The position numbers were made by a program, and so were the translations under genes. 64,000 nt of DNA from Eledone cirrhosa (taxonomy: Eukaryota), in assembly GCA_964016885.1 (NCBI GenBank), contig OZ024741.1, positions 175,398,001 to 175,462,000 of the forward strand, given 5' to 3'. Each line of letters starts with the position of its first letter. The first letter of the stretch is position 1. Below, piece by piece: positions 1 to 13,487 of the stretch. The notes beneath the pieces are model-generated. The model did no database searches and was not told where the DNA came from. It was given only the letters and a program-made list of their open reading frames with translations.

Positions 1-339
1 CACTTACAAATGTTTTACTACCAGACAGAAAACTCAAATGAAAGATTTTGAAGATGAAATGAAATAATTGTATGCCAGACACACAGACATTTTTGGGTAA
101 GTCTGTGTCATTCCACATCCCTGCCATACAAATACTATGTATGCTCATATATACATGAATACACACACACACAGTCCCCTTGACCTCAATGCCTGACTAT
201 TCTATCTGTCTGAGTTTGATTGTTTGTTACTGTCACGCAAAATATTACCTTCAGCTAAGCAAGTCTTGTGGCTAGACGTGTTCTTTAGTCGGTATTATAA
301 TCCAAAATAATTCAGAGCACTTTTACAGGGATCGCTTAG

Positions 340-423
340 CTTAAGATTGAAACCTGCTGGCGGCCGGACAAAAACCCTTCGCGAGCCGGATGTGGCCCAC
401 CGGTCGGAGGTTGCCGACCCCTG
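340..423 (+). mobile_element. 3' terminus of a hAT (Charlie-like) DNA transposon
   Basis: Ends in gccggatgtggccc...ggttgccgacccctg; the reverse complement CAGGGGTCGGCAAC is a typical Charlie/hAT TIR. The other end is outside the window. Confidence 0.6.
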
Positions 424-636
424 CTCTTCACCAAGTAACTTTACAATGAAGTACTAAGAGATAATGAAGTGGAATGTTTCCAGTCATAGATCGGAACCGT
501 AACCTGCTCACTGGTTGTCAGCACCATACCTCAGCGATGCTCAGCAGTACAAATAAGTGTGTAAATTGTAACAGGACGATGTATGCTTCCTACTTTAAGC
601 CCAATGACAACAATTTGTTGTGAGAGGAAATATGAT

Positions 637-785
637 TATATCGACTCCTGTTCTTTACTAGTACTTTATATTATCGACCCCGGAAGCATGAAAGATAAAG
701 TTGACTTCGGTGGGATTTGAACCCAGAAAGTGGAAAGTGGTAACTAAATATCGCAAAGCATTTTCTCCGACGCCCTACAGATACT
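637..785 (-). mobile_element. Diverged Deu/Nin-type tRNA-SINE copy
   Basis: Contains gtactttat..atcgaccccggaagcatgaaagataaagttgac..gggatttgaacc, the reverse complement of the SINE core seen at 29543. Confidence 0.65.
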
Positions 786-1164
786 GCTTATCCAAAGCTC
801 TCACAAGAGGATGTATAATAAGCAAGACTCAATCTACAACCAACAAAGAAAAATAAATAGTCTTCAACAACGTAACGTTGAAAAGGTAGACAGACTCGAA
901 TATAAATGAAGAGAATAAGATGATGCCAAAGTAATGATAAAGAAATAAATAAAGTAATCAAATGTGAAGAAAGATTGTGTCGCTGTTCCAGACAGGCTAG
1001 CACAACAATGGTTTAATCAGCCAAAGAAAAACTGCTATAAATTACATAGAGACATATATCGTACATATGTACTTGCATACGACACTTACATACGTAGGTA
1101 CATATGTATTTATATATATGCGCACACACACACAAACACCCTCCATATATATATATATACATTG

Positions 1165-2100
1165 AGTCGGTGTAACAAGGATCAACGAAAACTTTAAAGT
1201 TTGCGATAACAACAGAGTTTAACGGTAATACTGTTCACTATGAATAATGTTGTTTTCTTCAAAACACTGTCGACTTTTAACGAAATTGTCCAATGATTTG
1301 TAAAAAAAAAAATGCTTATTTGTCCAACTGCATTGAACAACTTCAATTCCGTTGTCCGCAATGCTGGTAATCAACAAATGATGAATCGGTCGATCGACTT
1401 GGTCAGTGATGAGGAAAATGGCGATTGGTGATTCGCTCATCTATAAAACTTGCTGCCAGCAATGATTTTTCTCACTTTTCCCAATTGATAGTAAATTAAA
1501 GGGAAGAGACGCAAATCTCCTTTATATTGTTAGGTAACTGTTGTGTTGGAACACTTTCGAGACGTACTTTTTAAACGATGTATAATACGTGATGTTTCAA
1601 CATTTAACAATATTTATCTTTAGTAATTTCATTCCATTATCAAGGATTTAAAGTGAAATAACATTTTTACACAAACAGAAAAGCTAAACAAAATACTTTC
1701 CCCCACACCAAACGCAATGACTTTGTTTTTATATGTGCAACTAATTGAAGTGTTTCACCACTCAACACATTCACATTTTTCGTATACATCTAAAAAAATA
1801 TGTAAAAGACAAAATATAAATGAAAAAACTATTTTGCTAAACGAAACATTTTTGCATAATTTTTGACGCTGTTTAAAAAACAAATTTGTCAACTACTCGT
1901 ATCTGTGAGTCTCCTATAAATTGTTACATAATTTGGTTTGTTTTCAACTACAACATTATAAATGAAAATATAAAAAATATATTATAGACTTCACTAATAT
2001 TTTCTTTTATATAGTTTGACGTGGAAAATGATTATCATGTCAAATTATTTATCTGCAATTAACTGACATTTTAATGGAGGCTTACAACTACAGAATACAC
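1165..2100 (-). pseudogene. Highly decayed Tc1/mariner transposon relic
   Basis: Minus-strand *PSRSTDSSFVDY (decayed WPPRSPDLSPLDF) near 1365-1405 and C-terminal RQCFEENNIIHSEQ; boundaries approximate. Confidence 0.5.
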
Positions 2101-2210
2101 AGGGAGCCGGAAGTAACCCCCCACCCACACACAAATGCACACACATATGAATATATATATATGTATATATGTATATACATGTATATAAATCTATACATCT
2201 CTCTTTCTCT

Positions 2211-2272
<62 letters not shown>

Positions 2273-2368
2273 GTATACATATATTTATAAATATATATAT
2301 GATTATATATATGTAAACATATATATATATATGGATATATATGTATACACACATATATATGTAAATAC

Positions 2369-2433
<65 letters not shown>

Positions 2434-4315
2434 CATATATATAGATAGTTATGTATATAGATATATATATGTGCTTGTATACACACACACACACAAACAC
2501 ACACACACATATCTATCTATCTATATATATATATATATATATAATTGTATATGTGCATGTATACATATTGTCGGCTTGTGTGTGTATATGTAAACATTTA
2601 TCTGTTCTCATACATCTTTTCATTCTTGTCATTTTCTCTCTTCCTTACACACACACACACACACATATACATATATATACATATATATATATACACACAT
2701 ATATATTTGATATGCGTGCGTGTTTGGAAATCTCTACAGACACCTCCTACGTACACGTGCTATTGGCAGGCATAGAGATGCAGCACGGCCAGATTTGGTC
2801 ACCTTCCAACATACACCCACACATTTATCCAGCGCTCTCGCCTCAGTATTTCCCTCAACGCAGCAATATTCACTCACTGTCATAAATGATTAGGAACCAA
2901 AGAAACCTTAATAAAGACCACACGCAATGTTAATATTTAATGGATCTCCAACTCTAATAAAATTCATTCACTACATACTAAAACTCTTCTCACACTGTCA
3001 TAACTCTGCACTTGATAAATTCATTTATTTTATTCAGTATTTATGTCATAAACCATTGTAGTGGAGATGTAGATGGAATATTGATTTTATCACTTCGACA
3101 CATGACGGATAGAATTAATTGGTGAAGGGTTATTAAGCAGCCCTATGAATCCAGCTATTTCAATCACGGCCAGCCACTTAAGAATTAATAATAATATAAA
3201 TCCAATCCAGTGTACCACCGTAATCTGGAAGTAAAATGCGACCTCCATTGTAGAATTACATTTTTCCACACTTTTCTTTTCTTTTGTTATCTTTACTTGA
3301 GGAATGACTACTGTCTGAAACGCTGAACCATAGTCTCTTTCTTTCATACAGTGTAAAATTAATTACCATGTACTCCTGTCTCTTTTTTTTTGTTTCCCTA
3401 TACGTTTCGTTATCTAAGATTGCATTGTCCTTCCTTTCCAAAGATTGTAGAATGTGATTTGAAGTAAGTTGGGTACTACTTTTAGCAGGTTGAGTAACAG
3501 CATTGACGCGCTCTCATTGGATAATTTAGGGCAACATTTACTGAAAAGAATCAGTGACTTCATTGGAGTGAGATAAATTAAAGTGGTAATAAAAGCCATT
3601 CTTTTTCGTGCTCTTAGATTTACCTCTAACTCTAAACACGCAAACATCGAGCCAACAAGTGACGCACGTCAATTAACTTGCTAGCTAGACGAGCCAAAAG
3701 ATACTCAAATCACATCCTAATATGTTAAAAAATTCCTTGTATGATTACTCATACAATCTACCTATCTCAAGCTAACTAAAATAATACTTAGCCTTCTGTA
3801 AGCTAGCTACCACAGTAAATTAGAGGAGAGCAGTACAGTCCCATTCGTATTTCCTCCTTTTAGGACGAGATAAATAACGTACCAGTTCTGGAGACACGTT
3901 CATTAGAGTCGCGGACGAGATGTTTTCCGATATCTCCCAGCTCTTTACTATCTAAGTTCTTGTAGGCAATCGAAACACAGCTGAGTAGATACTCCTGATG
4001 GAGTTGTAGGGGCGTTATAGTAACATATGGTTTGGGGCATTTTAAACCTAACAGAGTCCATTCCATGTCCAAGTCTGAATATGGCCGATTTCTTCCAGAG
4101 AAGAGAGAGTGAGAAAAAAGTACAGCGGAGGAATCGATCTCAGTACTGAATCGGTACCTTTTTTATCGTCATCGAAAGATTAATAGGCAAAGTTGACATC
4201 AGTGGGATTTGAACTGAGGGCGCAGAGAGAGAGAGAAAAAATACGTTCTAACTTGTCTGTCAGTTACTCGCCTTCTGGCTGGAAACTATATATCATTAAA
4301 TAGCTCTAATATTGA

Positions 4316-4368
<53 letters not shown>

Positions 4369-4374
4369 ATCTCT

Positions 4375-4446
<72 letters not shown>

Positions 4447-4574
4447 GGAAAAAATGAAACAAAATTTCATTTCTCACTCACTCTTAGTACAGCTGTTACT
4501 TAAATATAAGTATGTATACGTACATACATATATGTATACAGACGTACAGTAGTATGTATATATATACATACATG

Positions 4575-4617
<43 letters not shown>

Positions 4618-4735
4618 GTATGGATTCACCGAACATTTATTATAATGCTCGGTTTGTTTGTAAACAAACATCCCGAATTAAGCCGTACAGTGTTTAGCAA
4701 CCATCGTTGCCCTTTTATTCAACACTGACAAAGAA

Positions 4736-4770
4736 ACGATGTACTAGTTTCAAGCTATCGTCAGCACCGT
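4736..4770 (-). ncRNA. Type I hammerhead ribozyme, family A (stem II deleted)
   Basis: Reverse complement acggtg CTGACGA tagctt GAAA CTAG TA catcgt; stem I acggtg/catcgt. Confidence 0.65.
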
Positions 4771-5113
4771 ATACCTTCCTGCCAGATGATTGAACGTCTG
4801 AAAGTATATACTTTCCTAATGCATATTAACGGCTGAGCAGCCTAATTTGCATATCGAGTGAGTTAATCGGCCGGGCGCACCGACAACGTTAAATGGAAAA
4901 AATGAAACAAAATTTCATTTCTCACTCTCTCTGAGTACGGCTCTTACTTAAATATAAGTATATATGCGTACATACATATATGTATACAGACGTACAGTAG
5001 TATGTATATATATACATACATGCACACATATATATATGTATGGATTCACCGAACATTTATTATAATGCTCGGTTTGTTTGTAAACAAACATCCCGAATTA
5101 GGCAGGAAGGTAT

Positions 5114-5156
5114 ACGGTGCTGACGATAGCTAATAAGCTTGAAACTAGTTCATCGT
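5114..5156 (+). ncRNA. Minimal type I hammerhead ribozyme, family A
   Basis: acggtg CTGACGA t-agc taataa gct-t GAAA CTAG TT catcgt: 6-bp stem I, intact core, palindromic CTAG stem III. Confidence 0.85.
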
Positions 5157-5543
5157 TCCTTTGTCAGTGTTGAACAAAAGGGCAACGATGGTTGCTAAGC
5201 ACTGTACGGCGTAATTCGGGATGTTTGTTTACAAAGAAACCGCATTATAATAAATGTTCGGTGAATCCATACGTACATATATATATGTGTGCATGTATGT
5301 ATATATATACATACTACTGTACGTCTGTATACATATATGTATGCACGTATACATACTTATATTTAAGTAACAGCCGTACTAAGAGTGAGTGAGAAACGAA
5401 ATTTTGTTTCATTTTTTCCATTTATCGTTTTCGGTGCGCCCGGCCGATTAACTCACTCGATATGCAAATTAGGCTGCTCAGCCGTTAATATGCATAAGGA
5501 AAGTATATACTTTCAGACGTTCAATCATCTGGCAGAAAGGTAT

Positions 5544-5585
5544 ATGATGCTGATGATAGCTAATAAGCTTGAACTAGTACATCGT
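5544..5585 (+). ncRNA. Hammerhead ribozyme, family A (one A lost from GAAA)
   Basis: atgatg CTGATGA tagc taataa gctt GAA CTAG TA catcgt; 430 nt downstream of the 5114 copy. Confidence 0.75.
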
Positions 5586-5783
5586 TCCTTTGTCAGTGTT
5601 GAACAAAAGGGCATCGATGGTTGCTAAACACTGCACAGCTTAATTCGGGATGTTTGTTTACAAACAAACCGAGCATTATAATAAATGTTCGGTGAATTCA
5701 TACGTACATATATATATGTGTGCATGTATGTATATATATATACATACTACGTCTGTATTCATATATGTATGTACGTATACATA

Positions 5784-5864
<81 letters not shown>

Positions 5865-5886
5865 CTATATATCTATATCTATATAA

Positions 5887-5933
<47 letters not shown>

Positions 5934-5936
<3 letters not shown>

Positions 5937-6265
5937 GGGTGTGTAAGATTGTGAATAGAAGATTATATTAATAAAAGGAATTCCATCTTTGTCTGATTTA
6001 CTCGTTTTATTTACAATCCTTTAAAATTATAAACATATTATAATGAAATAGTATGGTAGAATATTAAATGTTAAATGTTAATTGAACAATTACTTTCATG
6101 CTTTCGCAATCTTCAGAAGTCTGCGAAAGCATGTAAGTACTTGTTCAATTAACATTTAACATTTAATATTCTACCATACTATTTCATTATAATATGATTA
6201 TAATTTTAAAGGATTGTAAATAAAACGAGTAAATCAGACAAAGTTGGAATTTCCTTTATTAATAT
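5934..6265. mobile_element. HHR element family B, fold-back copy centred on a truncated hammerhead
   Basis: 5965-6108 is inverted at 6122-6265; minus 6083-6116 reads CTGAAGA ttgc gaaa gcat GAAA GTAA TT gttca; same family as 47668-48123. Confidence 0.8.
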
Positions 6266-6406
6266 ATATATATATATATGTGTGGTTCGTTCGTGTTCAT
6301 TAGTCAGTAATTGTACTTGTAGATCAAATCGCACTTGTGTACGTAGGGTTTAGCACTCAAAGTACAATAGTTTCCAGGCTGTGATATAATCAGAGTTTTT
6401 GTATAA

Positions 6407-7048
6407 GAATGAAGAAGAAGGTAGTACTCTGAAATCTTATATAATTTTATTAATTACATCATTGATATTATGCTTATTTCTATGGTATCAATCATGTAAT
6501 TGCTATTTCAACAGATAGCCATTACGTAATTAGTCATACTGCAATATGTTCAGGGCGAGTATTTTCTATGTTGTCACCTCAAGCCCAGAAAATATATGAC
6601 TCTTGTTAAATGACGCTCTATAAAGCATCACTTGGGGCGTGTTCTCACTAATCATTGATTGAATATATCACTCCTATGATCTATTCAGATCATTTCTAGC
6701 TCCTCCTCATGATTAAAGCGTTATTTTATCTACTAAGAGAATCTCAAGATACACAAATATCTATCTATCCATACAACATCATAAATGATGAGAAACGACC
6801 ATAGGAGAGATGAAATGGACATGTCTATAAAGAGGAGTCCTTTAACAAGATTCATATGTTTGCTGTGCTTGAGATGACAACATCAATAATACTCGCCCTG
6901 AACATATCACAGTATGAATAACTACACAATGGCTATCTGACGAGATGGTATCAATTAAATAATTCATGCCATTGAAATGCGCATAACACCAATGACGTGA
7001 TTAACAAAATGATATAAGATTCCAGAATACTGCCTTATTCTTCATTCG
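6407..7048. mobile_element. Old diverged fold-back element (family M) with ~210 bp inverted arms, each carrying a hammerhead remnant
   Basis: 6407-6620 versus 6830-7048 inverted (e.g. atatgttcagggcgagtatt / aatactcgccctgaacatat). Confidence 0.7.
6931..6990 (+). ncRNA. Hammerhead ribozyme, family M (stem I decayed)
   Basis: CTGACGA gatggtat..atgccatt GAAA TGCGCA TA: 8-bp stem II and palindromic stem III. Confidence 0.65.
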
Positions 7049-7149
7049 TCTAATTCGCCTTCGATGGGATTTAAACTTAAAATATAAAGTCACGTAGTTT
7101 AAATGTTGAAAGAAATTTAATAAGGCATCCTATCAGAATCTTTGTGAAC

Positions 7150-7712
7150 GTAATGGTGTTAAATGGTTAAGAGGTTCGCTTGGCAATCATCACTCCCGGG
7201 TTCAATTCAATTGCGTGGCATTTATCATAGCCTCGGGTCGACTCAGTCTATACGAGTGGCATTGGATAAATAGAATCTGTTTGGAAGACCGTCCAATGGA
7301 TTGCACCTGTAATTTAAATGACCTCGCTGAATCTCTCTGAGAATTACTTTACTTTTGCACGTGTCTGTGGAATGTTAACTTCACGAGCCGGGAAGGCTAT
7401 TTCGTTGATAGAAAAACAAAACAACCAAGAATACTTATTACCCAAAACAGCGGTGATTTATTTATGTTTTGCAGTTTCTAACAAAACAACTCTCTTTAAA
7501 TGGCAACAATGAAAATCGGCAGATATTCAATTATATTTTATACCTTTAGTTTAAAGGTCCAACCATGTGAGACAATGTGTCACGCTGAAACTACCTGAGA
7601 ATTGCGTTAAAGGTACGCTTGTCTATGGAAGGCTCAGTGACTTGTGCGTTAAACTCACAAGCAGAACTGGCTGTTCTGTTGGTCGAACAACTGGAGAGCT
7701 CATCACCGAAAA
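7150..7712 (+). mobile_element. Diverged tRNA-derived SINE plus a second 3' fragment
   Basis: A/B-box-like tggtgttaaatggtt and gggttcaattc; 7320-7415 resembles 7578-7700. Confidence 0.45.
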
Positions 7713-8213
7713 CAATGGAGATACATTCACTTCTAATATTTTCCATCGCCAAAATATTCTTATTCAAATATTAAACTCATTTGTTTTCACAATTCCCTTT
7801 AGAAGCTTCAAATTTATTAACTTTTTCATTTTTAGTCAACGAATATTCTGGAGTAACCATTTTATATTTCTTAATAACATTTTAAATCTCCTCCAGAACT
7901 AATCGGATTCTTTAGAGAGAGAATTCTTCTAAACCGCAAATATTATTGTTTACAAAATATTGATTTATTTCCAATTGTTTATTATTTAATATTCATTCAT
8001 TAAAAAAAATTTCATTATAAGAAAACTTTGATTATAAGAAAAAGATTTTCTCATGAAATCTGAATATGGAATTCAACTTATTTGATATATTAATTCACAT
8101 ACGGTCTTGGAATTATATATATATACATATATATCTATCTATATATATCTGTGTGTGTGTGTATGTGAGTATGTACATATGTAGGTATCGATCTATTTGC
8201 ATACATATATAAG

Positions 8214-8245
<32 letters not shown>

Positions 8246-8783
8246 AATGTGTGTGTGTGTGTTTGTGTGTGTCTGTGTGTGTGCGTGTGTATATGTGTGT
8301 GCGTGTGTATGTGTGTGTGCGTATTAAATATATTTACTATATTAACTGCTAAGATAATAGAGGATAAGCAGGCAAACGTTTCAATGAAATAAACCAAGTG
8401 ATAAAATCCCTGATGATTCTTGATTATTCTTTTTTATCTTGATTAGTTTTTTTCATCAGTTCATAAAGCTCCTTCCGTTTGTGTTAAATAACTGTGCATT
8501 GTTTTATATCTAATGTAATATTACTTTATTACTCAGGCGGCCAAATGATGTAACTGAAAGCAATTCAGTTCCTATACACACGAGCAAACGCACAGATAAA
8601 CACCCATTAACAACTCACTCAAAACTCACATACACGCACACACATAAAACTCTCACATTCACATGCACACAAGTATATATATATACACACAGAGAAACAC
8701 TCATTAACAACTCACACAAAACTCACAGACACACACACACCCTCTCTCACACACACACAAACTTAGACACATACACAAGCATG

Positions 8784-8815
<32 letters not shown>

Positions 8816-8893
8816 AACACTCATTAACAACTCACGCAAAACTCACACGCACACACACACACACACAAAACTTACACATACACACAAACACAA

Positions 8894-8944
<51 letters not shown>

Positions 8945-9149
8945 TACACACGCATATATATATATTTATATATACACCAGCAATGCACATCTATCTCTAT
9001 ACAAAGTAATACATAAACACACAGATTCACGTGTGCACATACACTGACACAATCATTTTCTCCCTCATCACGCTAACACAGACACACCTATATTTATCAA
9101 TGGACAAATATACAAAGTTCAACAGTTAAACACGCTTAGATTTCTTACC

Positions 9150-9560
9150 TTCACAAAAAGACTAAAGAATTGTAGTATGTGTGTGAAGGGAAGTATAAGT
9201 GGAGTATAAGATATATGTATATTACTGACATAAGATTTGAGAATATCGATTGGATAGATAAGATGTTTAGCTATCTACGTGGAAGTTGTGATTTCAAATC
9301 TGTCGCAGTCAAACTATACGGCCATATAAAAAGATCAACTCGTGGTGTGAGTAGGTTATGCCTGGAAGGAAGGCTGGCTGGTAGGAGAAGCAGAGCCCGG
9401 CAGGCAAAAACGATGGTTTGACAATGTCAACTTATGGACTGTACTTGTCTTTGCTCTTTGAACTCTGCTGCTGGTGATCGAACTTTGTGGAGAGAGATAT
9501 CACATGTTGATGTGCAGTCTGCAACTGGCAGAGTTTAGCGTCACAAGAAAAACAGTCATT
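9150..9560 (+). pseudogene. RTE-clade LINE 3' fragment
   Basis: LYGHIKR..LCLEGRLAGRRSRARQ then (frameshift) RWFDNV, a typical RTE C-terminus. Confidence 0.65.
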
Positions 9561-10701
9561 TGGTTGTATTTCTGAGGGAGAAACTGCGTTGGGTTAAAAT
9601 GTTTGTTTCGCATCTATCTTTTATGTTCCATCTAACCGCATGGCAATTTGGGCAAGGTTTTTTTTTAACACAGATGCAGGTTGAGCAATGGCTCAAGAGT
9701 TAAAGTATAAAGAAAGAAACTGTAAGGGACTTTATATGGAATGTTTTTGTACTTGATTGGCAGGCGAAAGCAGGCCCTTAGTTTAGCATCGCCAATAATC
9801 TCTTCTTTCGTTCCTGCTTGCTGCAACGACAGCCAGTATAAAAGGCCGATAAATTCAATTCACATTTATTTTTGTAACAGAAAGGAAAAACAAAAGAGAA
9901 AAATAAATAGCAAAAGGAAGGTAAAAAAGGGAAGAAGTGGTAGAATCTACACCGAGCATAGGAGGGATATATCTTCTGTACGTTGTAGACAGAATGGGTA
10001 GGCATCGTCGCAGAGAACGAACAGCAGCACTCACTGCATCAGGCACTCCACCTCACTCGGCTCCTTTCTCAGCCGGCATGCAACCCTCCGAAATCTGCGG
10101 GAGGAAACGGCAGTTCGAGGACCGAGGACACCGCCGGTCTTGACGGCGTTCGACATGAAAAGGAAGCAGCCAGTCAACTTCCCGTATTTGACTATTTTAC
10201 TCTTCTCCGCGTTTCAGACGGCAGTGACCGCATATTTGGCCGAAGAGACACGGTTGGCTTTGGAGAACGTGTTGCCACACATGATGTCTCAGATTAGAGA
10301 TTTACTCCCTCTCGAGCAGGATAAGGGTTATCCGGCCCGGGCCCTTGCCATCACTACTGTCAAGGTCAACATGCTCCAGTTGTGACGGAAACTGGCCGCA
10401 TCTTGGATCCATCTAATGTCGTTGTTCAAGAAAGTGTGCAAAACGAACCGACCTGCATAGTGACAAAAGAGCGGGTGTAGTCCGAACTCATCAATCAGGG
10501 CTCCACACTGGCATGTGTGTGACTCACGCTCGCGGAAGAGATGTCGCTAAGATAGATTGAAGATCAGAATCTGAAGAAGATTCTTTCTTTAAGATTTGTT
10601 CAAATTACCGTTAAAGTATTTTTTAGCTTAATCTTTTTGACACCAACTCTGGTTCTGCAATGGAAAACTACTCGTTTTAAAGTGTTCGTAATTATATTGT
10701 A

Positions 10702-10860
10702 GGCAACGAATTAGCAGAGTCATTAGAACATCGGATAGAATGCTTTGTAGTATTCATTTCGGCTCTCTGCTCTCTGAGTTCAAATCCCGGTGAGGTCAAC
10801 TTTGCCTTTCATCCATTCAAGTCGATAAAAAAGTACCAGTCAAGTACTGTGGTCGATTCT
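10702..10860 (+). mobile_element. Deu/Nin-type tRNA-SINE
   Basis: gagttcaaatccc B box followed by gaggtcaactttgcctttcatcc..gtcgataaaa..agtaccag. Confidence 0.7.
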
Positions 10861-12819
10861 TCCTCTATGTCGCTTTCTCACTTCCTTTCTTCCACTCTCC
10901 CTATCCTTCTCTGGAAGAAATCTACTGTATTATGGCCTGGAGAGGAGATGGGCTCCACCAAGTGTAAAAATGCTTTAGAAACACTGTCAATATGGCGCCC
11001 ATACGACACCTCAGGAGGTACAGGTCCATACCATACAATACCAATTATATTAAAACCTTCTATCATAAATTCTTTTCAGAACTTTTTATGTAAAAATTCA
11101 GATATTTTATTAAATCCCTCCAAATTTTGATAATTTTCAAAATAAATCGAAACACACATATGCGCTCAACAGACCAGAGAATATTTCGGTTTCAAGAGAT
11201 GTTGAACAACTGAGCGGATAGACAGGATGGTAGTCTGCTGCAATGATAACTTCCCCAACTACTGCTGATTCTAATTTTCTGCTGAGTAAACACGGGTAAT
11301 ATGAAGAAAGCGCTTTGTTCAAAGACACAACATGCCCTCTGATCTTATGATCAGGAGTCCAATGCCCCAGTTACTAGACCCCCATGACACCAAAGCTACC
11401 TTTAAACCTCATTAGCTCCATCAATGTCAAAATTGCCAATATTTGAAATAATGAATAAAATGTAGACACGCGAAATGGCTACGGATCTAACTTAAATCAG
11501 CATCAACGGGACTTAGTTTATAAAAATAAAATGAAATTAAATTTTTGTGCATGATTATCGAAACGAACAAATTAAAATTAATTCAATTATTAACAATGCA
11601 ATTTTATTTGTCTTGGAATTATACATTGAAAAATTAAAGCCTGCCACTGTCTATGAAACCAGGTGAAAAGATGAAAAGTAGTAATAACTTTCTAGAGTTG
11701 TTCAATAACTTTGATAGCGAAGTGTATTTATGATATTATTTCTTTTTCAAATTTCATATTTTAATCAAATATATTTTCGTATTACAAGATTTATTTTGAT
11801 TGCAGACGTCATAAAAAAGCAAAAAAAAAAACAAAAGTATTTTTGTTTTAATTTATTTTGAAAAAATATTTCTTTATTGTTGTTTAAATAAATTTTAACG
11901 AGACTCAAAGGTTCATCATTGTTAGAATCTGGTTAACAAATTATAATTTCGCAAACAACAACAGCAAAACAAAAAAAAAAATCGAAAACAAAAAAGAGAC
12001 AAACCATTTCCAATAGAAGAGAACGAAAATCTACAAATCAAAATAATAAATAAATAAAACAATATACATAATGCTAAAGAAAAGTGAAAAGCATGAATGA
12101 AAGGTCTTTTATTAAAGAATCACCGAAAATATTGATTTATTTTCTCATATAAACATAATAATGAAAAGTTATGGACAAGATCAATAGTTTGTATTACTTT
12201 TTCATTCTGAAGCAATTTATTAAACTAAATTGGAAACATTAAGGAACATCCGAAACAAGGTCTTTATTTACCGCCCATTCTACTCGTGTAGCAGAGACAT
12301 TATATTTTTTTTTATCAAAATATGTTTTACTACTCTGACGAGGTAAACTTTCAATCAATAAACATTATCGAATGTTTGCTATTTTATTTTTCAGAACAAG
12401 TTTAAAAAAACCACATTATTTTAAAGAATATCAAAAAGCATCATTTACAACATAAACCATTAACTTGTTTTTTAATATTTCAATAACAAATATAAAACTA
12501 TGAAATCTATATGATGAAATATTTACATAAACAAGTTTATTGACATTGTCATAAGTTTCACAATATTTCCTCTTAGAATAATCCCTTTGACGCAACTATA
12601 TACACAACATAATTTTAATTGATGAAACTAAACAAAAGATTTTACTAATTGGTGGAACTGGAAACAATATAGTTTTATGTCAACCGTCTCTTCCAAACAA
12701 TTTTACTATATTGATTCCTGCTAAAATGTATTCAATATAAGAAAGAATTGAGTTGATAGTTATAAACACCATCTGGATGTGTATATGTTGATTTTTATGA
12801 TGTTATTATTGTTTTTTTT

Positions 12820-13165
12820 TTATATTTTATTGACCTATGAAGGATGAAAGGCAAATTTAACTTTGGCAAGTTTTGAAACCAGAACGTAAGCTGGAACAAA
12901 TACTACTAAGCATTTGACCGACGCTCTATCGACTCAGCCAATTCCCCGCCCTTCCAATAATATTAATTACCATAAGGTCAGCAATTTGGGGGAAGGAAAA
13001 GTCGATTATATCGATCCTAATATTGACTGGTACTTCATTTTATCGACCTCAGAAGATTGAAAGGTAAAGCTGACATCGACGGGACTTCAATACAACAGCA
13101 AAGAGATGTAACTGAAAACCGCATAACATTCTGTCTGATGCCGATACTATACTGCCAAGCCACAC
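12820..13165 (-). mobile_element. Two tandem Deu/Nin-type SINE copies
   Basis: Core ggatgaaaggcaaa / gattgaaaggtaaag occurs at ~12842 and ~13055. Confidence 0.6.
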
Positions 13166-13166
13166 A

Positions 13167-13218
<52 letters not shown>

Positions 13219-13487
13219 ATAATAATAATAATAATAATGCTTTCTTTATTAACCACAAGGGTTTACACAAAGTAGACACTAAGGACAGTACAGGACAATA
13301 CAGGACGGTACAAAAGGGCATTTCATTTAAAAAAAACAAAAAACAGAGGATGTAATAATAGAACAATGAAAAAATTCCCCAATATGGGGGAGACTTCCGA
13401 GGGACATACATGGAGAAAGCCCATTAAAAAGCCACAGTGACCCTGACCACCAGGGCAAGTGCCCTCTCCCAGTTTTCCACCTTTAAT

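Larger units (their letters stand above)
4443..5789. mobile_element. HHR element family A: ~430-448 bp unit, 1.5 copies on - joined to 1.6 copies on +, bounded by (TA)n
   Basis: 4443 repeats directly at 4891; 5101-5789 is the reverse complement of that unit; orientation switches at 5100/5101. Confidence 0.85.

Noticed and set aside
3090-3347. Hydrophobic 85 aa ORF as a possible host exon
   Set aside because: No recognisable domain, splice context or partner exons.
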